64,000 nt of DNA from Podarcis pityusensis (taxonomy: Eukaryota): assembly GCA_964106645.2 (NCBI GenBank), contig OZ067043.1; one strand, given 5' to 3'. Shown one piece after another: positions 38,889 to 53,759 of this stretch (positions within the stretch are counted from its first letter, which is position 1; the number at the start of each line of letters is the position of its first letter). Made by a program: the position numbers and the translations under genes. The notes beneath the pieces are model-generated. The model saw nothing but the letters and a program-made list of their open reading frames with translations, ran no database searches and was not told the DNA's origin.

Positions 38889-41549
38889 GGGGGAAAGTTT
38901 ATTCCAAACAGTACGTGATTGTGAAAATGAGTAGACAGGTAACACTGCAAAGTGATGAAACACTCAATTTAAGTTTTCCACTATAATTCGGCAGGTGCGA
39001 AAGACACACAACTCTCACTAGATCGAAATATTGGAACAAAGTAATGTTTCAATGATAAAGGGAGATGGCATGGACAAAGTCCAAAAGTGGGTGTGACCAA
39101 AGTGTAGGAGTGGCTGTGGACAATTTATTATTATTATTATTATTGACAAATTTAAAGTGGTCTTGGGCAGTTCTCCTCCCAAAATTGGCATTACAGAATC
39201 ACAGCAGGGGACTGTGGAATTGGTCTGTTAATTTTTTTATTAAAAGCTTTTTTAATGGACAAATTTAGGGGGGCCTTGGAAGGTCACAAGTCTCCCTTTG
39301 GGTATCACAGCAGTATATACGCCTATGTTGTTTTGTTTTAAATGAAGCCAGAAGTTTGGGAAGCCTCAGAAGGCAGTGGGTGAGCACTCTCATTGTTTTG
39401 TTAGTTACAGATCTCATTCTTTGGGACAGGAAAGGGAGGAATGCTGGGTGAGGCCTCCCCATGTAAGAGGTGTGCTTGTTTCATATACACAATCTAAATT
39501 TCTGTGCTTTTCTGATAGCTTTAATGGCAGTTTGGGGTGAGAAGCCAGACTGAAAGAGGTGATTGAAGCCATCTGTTCTCAACAAAATTGTGGCTCCCTG
39601 CAAGGATGAATGAGAGGTGATTCTTTAAGAGTATATGACCAAGCTGCTAGGTATGATGTACACTCTATAGAAAAAAAATTATGCACTTTATTTACTAGCA
39701 CTGCCGTGTACTAACTACTGGAAATGTTCATCATTATGGTTTATATGTTTTAACTTCCTGGTATCAATTTACTTGCTTTAATGATTTATAATTTATTCTA
39801 TAATGAAGTTAAAATATTATAATATCCATATTATCAAGCTGAATCATTTGGGCTGTCATATTTTTTATTTTATTTTTTGAAGTGAATTTGAATTTAAAGT
39901 ATTACTGAATGATGTATTTATTTGGAGGTTTTTTGTTGCCATATTGTGAGTGGCCCTGGGCACATTTATATGGAAAAGTGGCATACGAATTGAAACAAAC
40001 AAATAATAAAGCATGGGGTCTACCACTGGACCAGAACCCCTTAATTAAGAACTAAGGAGATACAGGACTACAAAGTGGAGATAACACACAAGTGAAAATT
40101 ATGAATCATGGACACGTGCTCCACAATACCCCATGGGCATGTTATATCAATAAATCTAGGACAGAGAAAGATGTGTGGCAATTTATCAAGAGTTCCTTAT
40201 GCACCACATATTTCTTTGGAGAGTGAAAAACAAGATGGTACTGCTACTGCCTCGACAACATCAAAATAGAACTGTAATTACTGAATCAAATTTAGATGAA
40301 GTAATGAAAAATGGCCAATACATAGAAAAGACAACATGGCTCTCAATACTCTAGTAAACATGCCTCCCTAAAGCCAGATTTCTCAATATAATCTGAGTGC
40401 TAGGAAAGCAAACTAAAGTGATATTGACTAATGAAATGCTGACATTTGCACTCAGTAATTGTTTTATATTTTCATCATAGGATCAAACACTTGCAAAAGC
40501 GTTTTATAACACTTTTAAATAAGCCTCAAGATCTCAAAAGAGAGAGAATAGATCAATGTGTGAAATTTTAGAGATAAAAATTTTCTTTCAACCCAATAGT
40601 TAGTAATTCACAGTTGTATATGATTTCTATTAAATCTATATGGTAAAGCGGACAACATCTAGAGGATGTAATATGTGGTTTTGCTTTGATTTCCTAAAGG
40701 CAACTGAGCTGCCCTTGTGCAAGCCCTGTGGACTACTGGAATTCATTCTCCACTAAAGCTCCTTGGGTCTACACATGCCATTCACCAGGACAGACATATA
40801 TTTTCTACACACGTGGGAACAGACAGGCTGTAAGATGTTAATGAAAGTTATGTAAACTAGCTAGACTTGAAACCCCACCTTTACCACTAGTCCTTGCTAT
40901 TATGAATTGTCTTATTCAGATAGCACATTTCATGGCAGAGCAACAAGGAATTCAACTTTGGCATAATATGATCGTGACAACAAGCCTTTTTGTTTCCTGC
41001 AAAGAACCCCAACACAACACATTTGCTGCAATGAACTCATTTATCTCAGTTGGAGATCACCTCTGTCATGTGTCTAGGGATAGCTCCGAAAACAGAAATT
41101 AGGAAAACAATGAGAAAACAAAAAACGAAATTGGTGCAGTAGTTAGGGAGATTTGAAAGCTACAACTTACAGAACCCTTGAAGTTCAAGTATTTGACCAA
41201 CCACTGGAATGCACTGTGGGGCCATTTATGAAAACTAAACTAATTATCTCTCAAAAGTAAAGTTAAACAAAGACCAAATAATGCAGGCAGGTCTTGTTAT
41301 GATGCTTGCCTGCCACCCGTACTAATCAACTGCTTTAAGTGATTCAAAGTATGGGAAATTGTTCCCAAAGTGGTGCTTTTTAATGCTTTTCTCGGCTTCC
41401 CTCGGCTTTATTATATTCTTCAGGCTAACATGTGGGCAAATCTTAAATTTCGTTTCTGCAGTAACATTTGACCCAACCACAAATTAGCTACTTTAGCTCC
41501 TATATTATGCAGAAAAGCAAGAGGTTAACGTGATATTGGACATCAGTTA

Positions 41550-41879
<330 letters not shown>

Positions 41880-42016
41880 CTATTGGAATGAGAGATGGGA
41901 ATAATCCCATTAGAGAATAATTTTTGAAAAGTCATATACTCAGTCATGTCTGACAACACAACCTTCTCTTACATAAACCATATAAAACCATTCCTTTAGT
42001 AAGTGTAAATACTCAC

Positions 42017-42165
42017 TGTGCTGTTTTTCAGCATTGGCTTATTTACAGTTACAGCTCGATGCCTTCGGTTGTGAGGTGGAGTTGTGTTGACAGCTGTGGT
42101 CTGGGGCATGCTCAATCTGTTTACTGGTGTGGGCGGAGCACTATCTGCCCGAGGCCTTGAAATAC
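42017..42165 (-). CDS. RALGAPB: RALGAPB coding exon 7
   Basis: [49 protein letters not shown]; ttcag| and ACA|gtgagt; 149 nt. Confidence 0.94.
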
Positions 42166-45100
42166 CTGAAAGAAAAAGGGGAATCTCAGCATTAAGGTCT
42201 TTTAAAATCCAACGCACTGGGCATTCAAACAGCAAAGTAGTAACACACACATAACCATTAATTCCTCCCATACCAGCACCAGTGTTAAAAAATATCTCGT
42301 TTTGAAATTAGTTTTTAGTTAAGATTGGAAAGTGATCGAGGAAAGGATTTAGGTAACTACATACAAGACTGCTGCTTACCTTTCAAAAGGGAGAAACATG
42401 CACATTTGCACCTAAAAAGTGGGAAGAATAAGAAGACCAACAGGAAGCAAAGAGGAACAAAGGCCGCCCGAAAGCCACTTTCTTTCCAGCCATGTTATTG
42501 CCACTGTCAGTTCATTTTGATCTAGCAGAAACAGGCTGCAATTGACTTTTTTTTTTAAAGGATAAATCTCTTTGCATTAAACTAAGATAGCTAAGGAATA
42601 TAAGCTTAAGCCAAATGGTGGCTTAGTGCTATCAAGCAAGCACACAGGTTCCTCGGGAGCAGACTACAACAGATTTGCTCCTCATCTAGTCTTGCTGCAA
42701 GTTTGGCTCAGCATGATGTCTAAATCCAGGCTCGCAGCTTATCTCTCCCAGACAAGCCTCCAGCTTGAGTCAGGCATAATGTTAAGCCAAACCATAGCTT
42801 AGTGCTAACAAGCAAACATGTACATTCCTGGAGCTTTGGTCCTGCTGCCACTGTGTTGCTGTGAACTAACACACAGTTTGGCTTAGCGGCTCTTTGTCTA
42901 AGCCCTGTTCCTGGTTTGTCTGCCCCTAGTGGAAGCCCTGTTTTCAACCTTCTGCAATTGGTGTATCAAATGGCCGATTTCTACTTCTGAAAGATACTGC
43001 TAACTGCTAGGGCACATTGTTTATAACGTTATTGTGTGCTACTCGGTAAAGAAGCGTTTGTGCAACCACTTGCACAAACAGAAATCACTAGTGAAACAAC
43101 ACAAATGCTAATTTCTTTTGTGCCACCGTTACACCGGATATCTCATTTAATCCTTTGGAAAGCAAAATGACAATAAAAACAATACTTATCTTTGAGAGGC
43201 AATTAGTTCAAACAGTTCTTTCACAATAATTAATAGGCAGGCAAATGTTGATCTTATTAATATTTTGGAGGGCCCTCTACACTTGTTTATTGTAAGAAAA
43301 GTACACATACAGGGAATGGTGACACAGATATTTGTAGTAGCAGAGATTAGTATAGAAGGTAAAGTTACTAAAAAGGGTCCTGCAGTTTCATATCTCTCAT
43401 TTTGGTGAATTCTCATGCATCACAGGCCCACTGCCAACCTGACATTCCCCAAACCTATACTATCCTACACTCCCAGCTAACTGTAAATAGCATTGCAACA
43501 TTACATAACAAGGCCTCAGTGCTCTCTTGCATCTCCCTCTCAGGCAAATTATTCTCTTTGTTCTGTTTTCAACATTTCAGTATTACTCATGGGGGAGTAT
43601 AAAGCATCTGCATCAAGGTAAGCGCTATTCATGATGCACGAAGGACTCAGGTTTGTTAAATACCCACAGTTCTATAACATTTTCAGGTCACAAGTGCATG
43701 CTATTCATACAACAGTTCTTCACTGACAAGCAGAATATCAGAAAAAAAACAACCTTAAGTAATGGATAATAAGAGGACAGAGGCAATTTACAAGTGTGTG
43801 ATTGGCAGTACTCTTCCATCTGCCTTGGTACAATGATTAGCACAATTGAAAAGGAACTGTGCTACATTTCATAAACAAAGAAGCAGTATTCTGTTATGAG
43901 GAACAATTCATCCAAGAATTCAGACTCTGTTATTAAAAATAAAAATTAAATTAAATGGCCACGTTAATATGAATTATACGGTTTCCTCATAATTAAGAAG
44001 AAGCGCTCTCTCTCATACTGCAACAGGCTTTAAACAGCATTCCTCAAAGTAGAAGGACCACACTGTTCAGTTTACTGTACTTTTCTTAAAGAGTCCACTT
44101 TCTCCGGCAGCTGGAAGAGGAGGAGAGGACAGAGTACAAAGAAAGAGCTGTGAGTGAGGTGGGAGGGCTTTTCCTATCTTTGGACCCTCTGGAAAACTCA
44201 ACAGGGCCTGCTATACCTGGAACTGGGTGTGGAGCATGCAGCGGATGGGACACAGCTGTGGGTATGCACCTTGGGCCTGCCCATAAAGAGCAAGTCTAGA
44301 ATAAGAGACTAGGACAATGTTCACTGTTTCCAAGAACTGTTCTTATTGTGAGACTTTTGTGGGTAAGCTGAGAGTTTGTATGGACCCTAGGTGAGAACCT
44401 GGAGGCTGAGAGGGAGGGTGTGTTAGGAAGGAAAAGAACCGATATTGATTTATGTAACTTTATATGAATGTAACATTTTTATATGTAACTGTGTATTTTT
44501 GTAGTATTTTAAGTTGTCAGTTGTTCCTTCAGTTTTTTGTACACTGCTTATAGATATATTTTAAATATATTTAGCAGTATAAAAATTAAATAATCAATTC
44601 TCCATAATCCAATATCCATCAGCCCAGCTTCAAGACAGAGATCATTTTATCACAGCTGTGTCATAAATCTGCATATAGACGAATCTCAGTAGAAAGGTTG
44701 GGTGGTATCCAATGCACACGTTCCATTAGCGCAAGGATTTACACAACAGACTTCCCCCACCCACTGCCCTCAGGTTGTCTCCAAATCTGCACAAAATGCT
44801 TGCATTAACCGAGTGACTTACTTAGGACTACATTGGATTCAACCCCTTAATTGCAAGACCTCACATATTTAATCATAGACAAGGTATTAAAGTTACATTT
44901 TTAAAATAGCACGTCTGCTTGTTACAGTGAGAGAGACTTATACCATATTGCAAGAGATACAAACAATTTGGGTGGTGGTTATTTTTTAAACGACCAACCT
45001 ACTGTTCATATTTAAAATGCGTAACCCATAATGCTGCAACCAAGCAGATTTTTTGTTGCAAGAGTATCTGTATGCCAACCATTTTTTAAAATAGAACTAG

Positions 45101-45964
45101 AAACTTTTGAAGCATTGTCTTTAAGAAGAACCACATCAATTTAATAGAAAATTTCTATCATGACAGAATACTGCAGCTTTCCAGGATTTGATGCAAACCC
45201 CAACCACTGTTAAAATCATCACCCCTGCCCCAGATTCTTGTCACCCAGGAGAGTCCAACAAGTTTTAATACCATATCTGGATAATCTTTCACACCCACTG
45301 GTTGTAAAGACAGCAACTCCTGGAGAAAAAGGAAATTATATTGCTACTATATTATGTACTGCAATGGAAACATTTCCATAAAGCAGTTTTTCAGGAAAAT
45401 GAATATTTAATAAAATCATTTATGGTTTCACAAGAAGAGGCAGTTTTAATTAACACCAAACACAACTGCTGAGAAAGTCCTGAGAATGAAATTCTATTGG
45501 AGGTAACAAGTTGAAATCATGACAGGTTTTAAGGCATCTAGCTGAACATATTATCAATTACTTTTCAGTACCTCTAAGCAAGATATGGGAGCCCTATTTA
45601 GGAATTAGTTTTGCTGGGGACCACTCCAAAAAGGGAATAGGGCAGGTTGCAGATCAAACCCCAATATCTTGTTGCAAGGGCCTCATTGCCCCCAAAGCTG
45701 TTCATCCAAACCTATTTTGAGATTGTGGGGTTGGATAGGTGAGAGGGGCAGATGATACCAGAACTGGGAGCTCAATTTGGTCCAGATGTCACTGGTCCCC
45801 AACTGATGAAAATAGAATACAGTTGCTGCACAGATGACAAGGAGAAAATGATGATTAACACAAACAGCCCCGCAGACAAACATCTGAAATATTAGATGTA
45901 CCAATACAAAGTATTAACATCTATTTGAGTTGCTTACAAAAGGCAAGTAACATCCTATAAATTA

Positions 45965-46189
<225 letters not shown>

Positions 46190-46827
46190 TCATAATACAT
46201 TTAACAGATGTAAAAAGTAAAATACACTAAATATTGAAAGTTTAAAATGTTCATTTTTTAAAAAAAAAAGCTCTGATACGAGTTGAGATTAAACCTACCA
46301 ATTAAAAGATAGACAAATCATTGTACTATGTTTGCCACTTTCGAATATTTCACATGTATCCACTTCCTATTATTATTTACCTACCTTCTCTCACACTACT
46401 TTTCAAAGTTGCTTTAACTTTTATGGAAGTTTTAAAGAAGTTGACAGCATCTGTTTATAAGAACAGTGATCAACTACACCCAGCAAACAAAAATGCTGAA
46501 GTCTTTTGCAAATTAAAAGTGCTATAAGCAGCAGTTACCCTGGGGCACATGATCTTTGCCTCCAGCTGAGGAGTATGAAATGAGACAGTATTGCAAGACC
46601 CCATGCAACTGAAGAGACAAGGAAGCACTAAGGTACATAAAAATAGGCTACTCAGTGTCTGTAGCTGCTAAATATCTGAAGGGAACCAAAATGAAGGGTA
46701 TACAGAATTGCAAACGAAAAGTATTTGAAGCCATGAATGAAATGTTGAAGGGCAAAACTATACATAGTGTTCAGGAGAATAGTTGAAGACAAACAAGTAT
46801 CAGGTAATAAATTCCAGAATGACTGTA

Positions 46828-47040
46828 CAGTGGTACCTCTGGTTGCGAACGGGATCCATTCCAGAGCTCTAGTTGCATCCTGAGGAATTCGCAACCGGAG
46901 GTGCTGCTTCTGCGCATGGCGCGGTTTAGCGCTTTTGCACATGCGCGTGGGACGAAAACCAGAAAAACACTTCTGGGTTTGCCGCGTACATATCCCAAAA
47001 GATACGTAACGGGAGGTGAATGCAAGTAGAGGTACTACTG
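46828..47040 (+). mobile_element. Tc1/mariner (Tigger-like) MITE
   Basis: TA|cagtggtacctct ... agaggtactactg|TA; CpG-rich interior. Confidence 0.85.
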
Positions 47041-47266
47041 TATCTCTATCACATGCAAACTAGACAGACAGAGCTAGTAACTGATCCTACTATGAGTCGG
47101 ATCTTGTCACAGGCACCTGTGAGGCATTATCTGCCACAATATTATACACCCCTTCCACAACTAGGGCATCTGATTCCAATAAACCACACCCCCTAGAGGA
47201 CTCATTCACATATATAACGTATCAAATTTTGATAAATACACTAGTAACATTGCATGCTTTTTCTTA

Positions 47267-47425
<159 letters not shown>

Positions 47426-48278
47426 CTAACGGTGAGTTTGTAGTTCTGCATGATTTCACTCTGCCTAATTATAAACGATGCATCCATATTTCATTGGAGA
47501 TATCTGCTTCCCTCTCACTATGGTGAAGTAATGGGGCTTCCTCCAGGTTGGAATCCACCTCACTGGTGGAGGCCAGTGGAGAGAAGCCCATGTGTCATCC
47601 AAACCATTCCCCAACCATCAACATGAGATATTATAATTGTGCTCTTTCTATCATTTTTGACATGTGGTTTGCCCAGAAAGTATGCTATTTTCAACCTAAT
47701 AAAGAGTTGAATTAATGCTGCAGTTCCCGCATCCAAAAAAAAAAAAAAGCTGACTCCAGATACAAATAGGGACAACAGAGAAACCAAAATATGTGCAAAG
47801 AAGTGTTTTGTGCAAGGGAGACACAGAGCTTGCCATTTTCTACATACAAGAGAGACAAGAAAAAGCTATACCAGAAACAAATACTGTCTGGTTATGTCAG
47901 TTGTCAAAGAGTTCACGCTTTGGATCAGGATGTTAAACAGAAACAAAGGAGAACAAAAATGTTGAGAGTGTTCTCTCAGCCACTGCCTTTCATTAAAATA
48001 AGATCAGATAGATTAGGTCTATTTCAGGTCTTCCTTAAAAATAAAAACAAAAACACACACTGCAAAGAGCCCCTTCTCTCCACCTCAGTTCATTGACCAA
48101 CAATGATATGCATTCCAGGCTGGACAGGACACTGATGCCAAGTTCTCATTGAGCTGGTAATCCCGAAGTCAGAATGCAGGCTTCTCCCTGACATGTCAAT
48201 TTACTATGTGCAGGCATTTTTTTTTTAATATATGGTGGAGCATTCCATCATAGGAGCTCTGACCTATATTGTGAAATA

Positions 48279-48488
48279 CAGTCATACCTCTGCCTCGATT
48301 GTCCATTTCGGCGGACGTCCGTGGCAAACCCGGAAGTACCGGAACAGGTTACTTCTGGGTTTGCCGCTTCGCAAATGCGCAGAAGCACAAAACTGCTCCA
48401 CGCACAAAGCGATGCTCTGTTGAGCGTCTCTTTCGTCGAGCGTTCGGGACTCCGGAATGGATCCCGGACACTCGAGGAGGTACCACTG
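48279..48488 (-). mobile_element. Tc1/mariner (Tigger-like) MITE, related to 46828-47040 and in the opposite orientation
   Basis: TA|cagtcatacctc ... gaggtaccactg|TA; its reverse complement shares gggatccattcc and acttc.gggtttgcc with the 46828 copy. Confidence 0.85.
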
Positions 48489-48747
48489 TATTACTTCCCA
48501 GGCACAGGTTTTTGCCTCCTCAGTAAGAACTAGGTCCAAGGTTTAAAACTTATTTTTAATACATGGGGCACAGTCAAGTGTGGTACCTGAGAGTGAAAAG
48601 CAGTCCCCTTTTTCTGTAGCAAAATGATGGATTTTTGAGGGTGAAGGGAGAGATGCTACTAAAACACACTACATAAAAATGGAAATAACTACATTATTAG
48701 CGTACAGTGGCAGGCTGACATATGGGGGGGAAAGCAATAGGTTTTCA

Positions 48748-48999
<252 letters not shown>

Positions 49000-50295
49000 T
49001 TATCATCACTGAAGAAGAAATTTCCAAATATTCCTTGGAGAAAAACAGCAATCGGATATTGGGGATCTTATCAAAACAAGCTGATGTGCAAAGTGTAAAA
49101 TTATTTGAATGGGATAGTAAAGTTAAAATTATCTTGGGTTTGTAGACTTTCCATGATTAAAAAGAATAATTACCTCAAATCCTATTGCTATTTTTAAATA
49201 TTAATCTAAAATAAGTAATTCACGTATTATTAGATGGCAAATGTTAACACAGCTAAAGATCTATCATAGAGAACATCAAGAACACTCTAGAATGTTCATG
49301 CACTTAAAAATGTAAGAATTTCAAATTTAAGAATTGGGAGACAGGAAAGAACAATCTAACCAGATGAAATATGGGAATGGATGTGGGGGGAAATATCCTA
49401 TCTTAATTTATGCATGAATTCCAAAACAATGCAGCACTGGTATGCAGTATATGGCAGCCTTAATTTATGTCTAAAGATTGCAAACTTATTAGAAAACAGT
49501 AAGAAGTGGATGCATCCACAGCCAGGGCAGTTTCTCAGCTTCTCAGTGCTAGGGCTCTTGCTGGACAAGGCAGAAGTTGCAGCCACCAGCCTCCTGCCTG
49601 TCAAGCCCTGTGCCCCTTCTCTCCCAGCAAGCCCTTTCTGCCTTTTCTCAAGGGAAAGCAGGCAGAGAGGCAGTATGCCAGGCCTGTGCACTGTTGTTTG
49701 AAGGCATCTTGAGTAGCTTTTAGGCTACATTCAACTTAGCAGAAAGAGGGATTTTTTGCTTGTTAGACTCTGAATGGCCAAGGCTCTCCAGGTGCCTTGG
49801 CTATGAAGCTAGCAAATAACCTTCATCTTTCCTCCCATTTTTGCATCACCATTGCACAGCTGATGGCACAAGCTCTGCCTGCTACTTCAGCTTCACCATT
49901 ACAAGAAAAGATGGCTGCTTGCCAGAGGGCAGCTCCACTCCCCATGACAGTGTTGAAGCCTAGAAATCACTGCCTAGCCCTAGAGCACCTCTGAATGAAT
50001 AAACGAGAGGTAGTAAAAGGGCCTTAGCAACAACATGTCAGTAAAAGCGGCATCTGCTTCAAATGGTAATAGAAATGGAAGTATCATTCAATTCCTGTAG
50101 CAATTCCAAATTAAGAAATTAAACAGAATCAGGACAATTGGACAATAATTATTTCAACACCATTCATTTCATGACAATAGTCCCTCTAAATTTTGAATGG
50201 TGGGAAAGAAAAAAAGATGAGGTTCTTAAATTGTCACACTCAGGCCAGAGCCACACACTATAAACAGTTATGGGGAAAAAGGTAAAGACCCAAAC

Positions 50296-50459
50296 CTTGC
50301 ACTGTTGGAGCTGCCAGCAGAATATCATTAATCTGTAGTAGAAACAATAATAAAACCTCCCATGTTTCTCTAGACATAGTGCTTGATTCACGAGCCAATT
50401 TCTGGACAGCTTTCAAAACTTGAAGACATAGTTTAATCTGACTGGTACCCTGATCCTGC
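50296..50459 (-). CDS. RALGAPB: RALGAPB coding exon 3
   Basis: [54 protein letters not shown]; ctacag| and G|gtttgg; 164 nt; not in the ORF track. Confidence 0.93.
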
Positions 50460-51959
50460 CTGTAGAAGAAGAAAAAAATTACTTACGCCTGAATAAACAG
50501 AGTACTCCCCCCCCCCCCCGCCCGCCAAAGATAAATTAGACAAGAGATTGGAGGCATTCTTACAACAGATGTTTTGCACCTCTAATAAGAATTGTTTTTA
50601 AAATGAAGCTGGAGCTAAACTATCTTCACGCAATCTTAGAAAAGCCACTCATTTTCAAAAGATTTGCAAAACATCTAAACTCACAATAGACCAGGATAGT
50701 TTGTAATCCACCAGGTTGAACACAAACTACCAATTCCATATAGTAGGCCTAACAGGAGAACACTAAATCTCCTGTTTTCACTGTCCAGGACAGGCAGGAG
50801 CTACTGAACTCCCGTGGGCCAGAACACACGAGTGTTGGTTTGCATTAGGCTTGTTCAGGCTTGAGTTGAGATAGCCTTATTGCAAATATAGTAAATTGCA
50901 TCAGATGAAGTGGAGCCCAAAGGGCAGCAAAATCTAAGTAAATGAATTGTGATGTTTGAATGCCAATATGAAAGCTGCCTGCAGCTTGTTTGCTCTTTGG
51001 TGGCCAGTGGCCACCAGACTTCACTGGAGCCAAGAGGCAATGGATTGCCCCGACATTCACTCCTTCCCTACAGGGAAAACTGAATGGCAAACAGATTCTT
51101 GTTCTGCTTCTTGTTCAAGCCACTAGGCAGCCCTAGGTATTCCAATTGCCATGCAGTCTGTACAGAAGACACTGAAAATACAGGGTCTGTGCTTCTGCAT
51201 ACCACAAGTACATCTGTGCATTCATACTGTTCACATGACAATGGTATTCAAATTGCCTAATGCTCAGGACAGAGATTAATCCACATACTTAAAGCAGAAA
51301 GGCTATAAAAACCCACTTCCCTCCAGCCTTATAGTGTACCCAAAGCAAGAATTAATGTAGATGACCATTATATTTGAGAGTAACAAAATATTGTTGTTGA
51401 TCAACTATTTTTCAGGGACTGTTCCCACCACTTCAAAATGTGTAGGGTATAGATTTTTAGAATAAATATTTTACATTCTCATATAGCTTTCTTTTCTCTG
51501 TTCGTGGATTCCTGCTGCAGTAGAGACATACATTTTGCTTTTTTGTTGCTCAGCAAATTTAAATGTTAACAAAAACAAAAAGGAAAGACAAATAAGCTTC
51601 AACTTCAATTAGCACAAAATCCAGCAACAGAGATATGCGCATATAAGATTTGGATAATTTCAAAATGAACTTTTTATTCCAGCTTTGACATCTTCACCAG
51701 AGAGAGCATGCACCCTCTCAAATCCTTTTTCCCCCTCTTTTTTTTTGCAGCTGCAAATTATGGACATATGCTTTCTTAAATACACAAGTGTTAAAATCCA
51801 ACCTCCAAAACAGTAGATTATGGTGCTCTTTTACCCTCCATGTTAATACAACAACAATTCTTTTAACTACACTTCTAAATAAATGTCTGCTGGTTACAAT
51901 TAAACTTGGCTTGTAATCATGTTGCCTACATGAAATAATTCACTCTCCACTGCTCTCAC

Positions 51960-52162
51960 CTTGGTACAAATAGATTTTGTAGATGTTTGAGAATGCTCTG
52001 AATATAAAGGTTTGGTTCTTTAATAACAGGTAGAGGAATTGAGTCCTTAGGAAAGACCAGAGCCATAATCCAGTCTGTGTACACATCAACGCAGTGCTTT
52101 ACAGTATCACCGTCTAAAGGGAGGGTCAGTCCATAACAAACTACCTCCATGGTCCATTTTAC
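51960..52162 (-). CDS. RALGAPB: RALGAPB coding exon 2
   Basis: [31 protein letters not shown]...[10 protein letters not shown]; cttag| and AG|gtgag; 203 nt. Confidence 0.95.
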
Positions 52163-52806
52163 CTAAGAGAAGAAGAAGTGGAAAGTTACATGACCATATT
52201 TTTAACGTGTCCCCATTTGGTAGATTCTTCCAAATGAAAACCGGCACCACAGCGTAGCACTGTTAACATGAGATAGACAAAGGATACACAGTAAGAGATA
52301 ACAGAAAATTCATCCTCTAACAACTGTATTATTTTAAATCTGGAAATACCATAGCATGTAGGCCTGGATTCTAAGATCCACCTGACTTTGGATCTTATAC
52401 ATGTCTACTCAGGAGTAAATCCCACTCAGCTGAAGGGGGCTCACAGTTAAGTGGGTACAGGATTGTAGTCTAAATGGAAGCTTCCTGTACCCTCTCGCCC
52501 CACATACACTTGAGGACCTCATAGAGCCTCTCAAGAAGGTAGGACTCTCCCAAATAACATGAGATGGGAGTCTGCTGGGAGAATCACCCAATATCAGGTA
52601 GATTCCATTGACTTCCTTCAGTTAAGTTACCTTGACATTCAAGCCAGGTTGCTCATGCCAAGATCACACTTTGTGTTGTGCGAGAGATAAGGTGCTCGTA
52701 CACAGGCTTGCTGAGCCAATCTACTGATCAGATATACTTTTATGCCACTTTTTATGTTTAAACCCTCACAGGACGACTTCCAACATATCAAATATAATGA
52801 GCACTA

Positions 52807-53159
52807 GGTAAAGGTAAAGGGACCCCTGACCATTAGGTCCAGTTGTGACCGACTCTGGGGTTGCAGTGCTCATCTCGCTTTATTGGCCGAGGGAGCTGGC
52901 GTACAGCTTCCGGGTCATGTGGCCCGCATGACTAAGCCACTTCTGGCAAACCAGAGCAGCGCATGGAAACGCCGTTTACCTTCCCGCCGGAGCGGTACCT
53001 ATTTATCTACTTGCACTCTGACGTGCTTTAGAACTGCTAGGTAGCAGGAGCAGGGTCTGAGCAACAGGAGCTTACCCCATCGCGGGGATTCAAACCGCCG
53101 ACCTTCTGATCAGCAAGTCCTAGGCTCTGTGGTTTAACCCACAGCACCACCCGCATCCC
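52807..53159 (-). mobile_element. Full-length Sauria SINE with 13-bp TSD
   Basis: Minus strand begins gggatgcgggtggtgctgtgggttaaacc (tRNA-like head) and ends in an (acctt)t-type tail; exact TSD ataatgagcacta at 52794-52806 and 53160-53172. Confidence 0.9.
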
Positions 53160-53199
53160 ATAATGAGCACTACATCTAACTAAATTACTGCCATGTAGC

Positions 53200-53326
53200 A
53201 CAGCTTGCAAACCTGTGGTCCTTCAGATGGTGTTGGACTCCCTTCAGTACCAGCCAGTATGGCCAACGGCCAGGGATACAAAAAGTAGTCCAGCAACCTC
53301 TGGAAAGCCACAGGTTCCCCATCCCT
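53200..53326. mobile_element. Degraded hAT-type MITE (family of 7736-7871)
   Basis: aacctgtggtccttcagatggtgttggact ... agtagtccagcaacctctggaaagccacaggttcccca. Confidence 0.6.
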
Positions 53327-53573
53327 ACCATAAAAGAACAGTGCAATTAACAATAAAATACCAACAAACACAGCCATATAAGCAGCACACAGTCTTACAA
53401 AAGAAAGAAAAAAGCTTTAAAATTATTTCAGCACCGAATCAAACCAGAACATCATAGAAACTATAAATGAGAAGGTTGTTCTAAACAAATGGGTCTTTAT
53501 AGCCCTCTTAAATGCCTATAATGATGAGACTATATGTACTTCAACTAGGGAACTACAGGTTTTGTATACTCAC

Positions 53574-53759
53574 TTCTTTGTCTGTTTTCAGTAAACTCTC
53601 ACTGCCAGCTGCTGATGGAGCATTTAAGACTTGGCCAAGGGGACGCACAACAGCATTTGCCACTTCTCTCCCCACATTGTCAGGATAGCTGTGAAGTACA
53701 CTGGTGTGACCCTTATCATTTTGAAGTACAAGATGTAGGGACCTCCACTCTGAGTACAT
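53574..53759 (-). CDS. RALGAPB: RALGAPB coding exon 1 (exon extends to 53789, with 30 nt of 5' UTR)
   Basis: [62 protein letters not shown]; acceptor ttccag| at 53790-53791; donor GAA|gtgagt; 186 nt coding. Confidence 0.95.

Noticed and set aside
37275-38963. ORFs containing poly-X
   Set aside because: Artefacts of translating across N gaps.
41055-41130. Pyrimidine tract plus AG in the long intron, possible microexon
   Set aside because: No AG/GT pairing preserves the phase-1 frame and the donor is weak.
42600-42910. Direct repeat ttaagccaaa...gcttagtgcta.caagcaa (related motifs near 22800 and 59890-60090)
   Set aside because: Probably a decayed non-autonomous DNA element; ends and TSD could not be defined, so it is not called.
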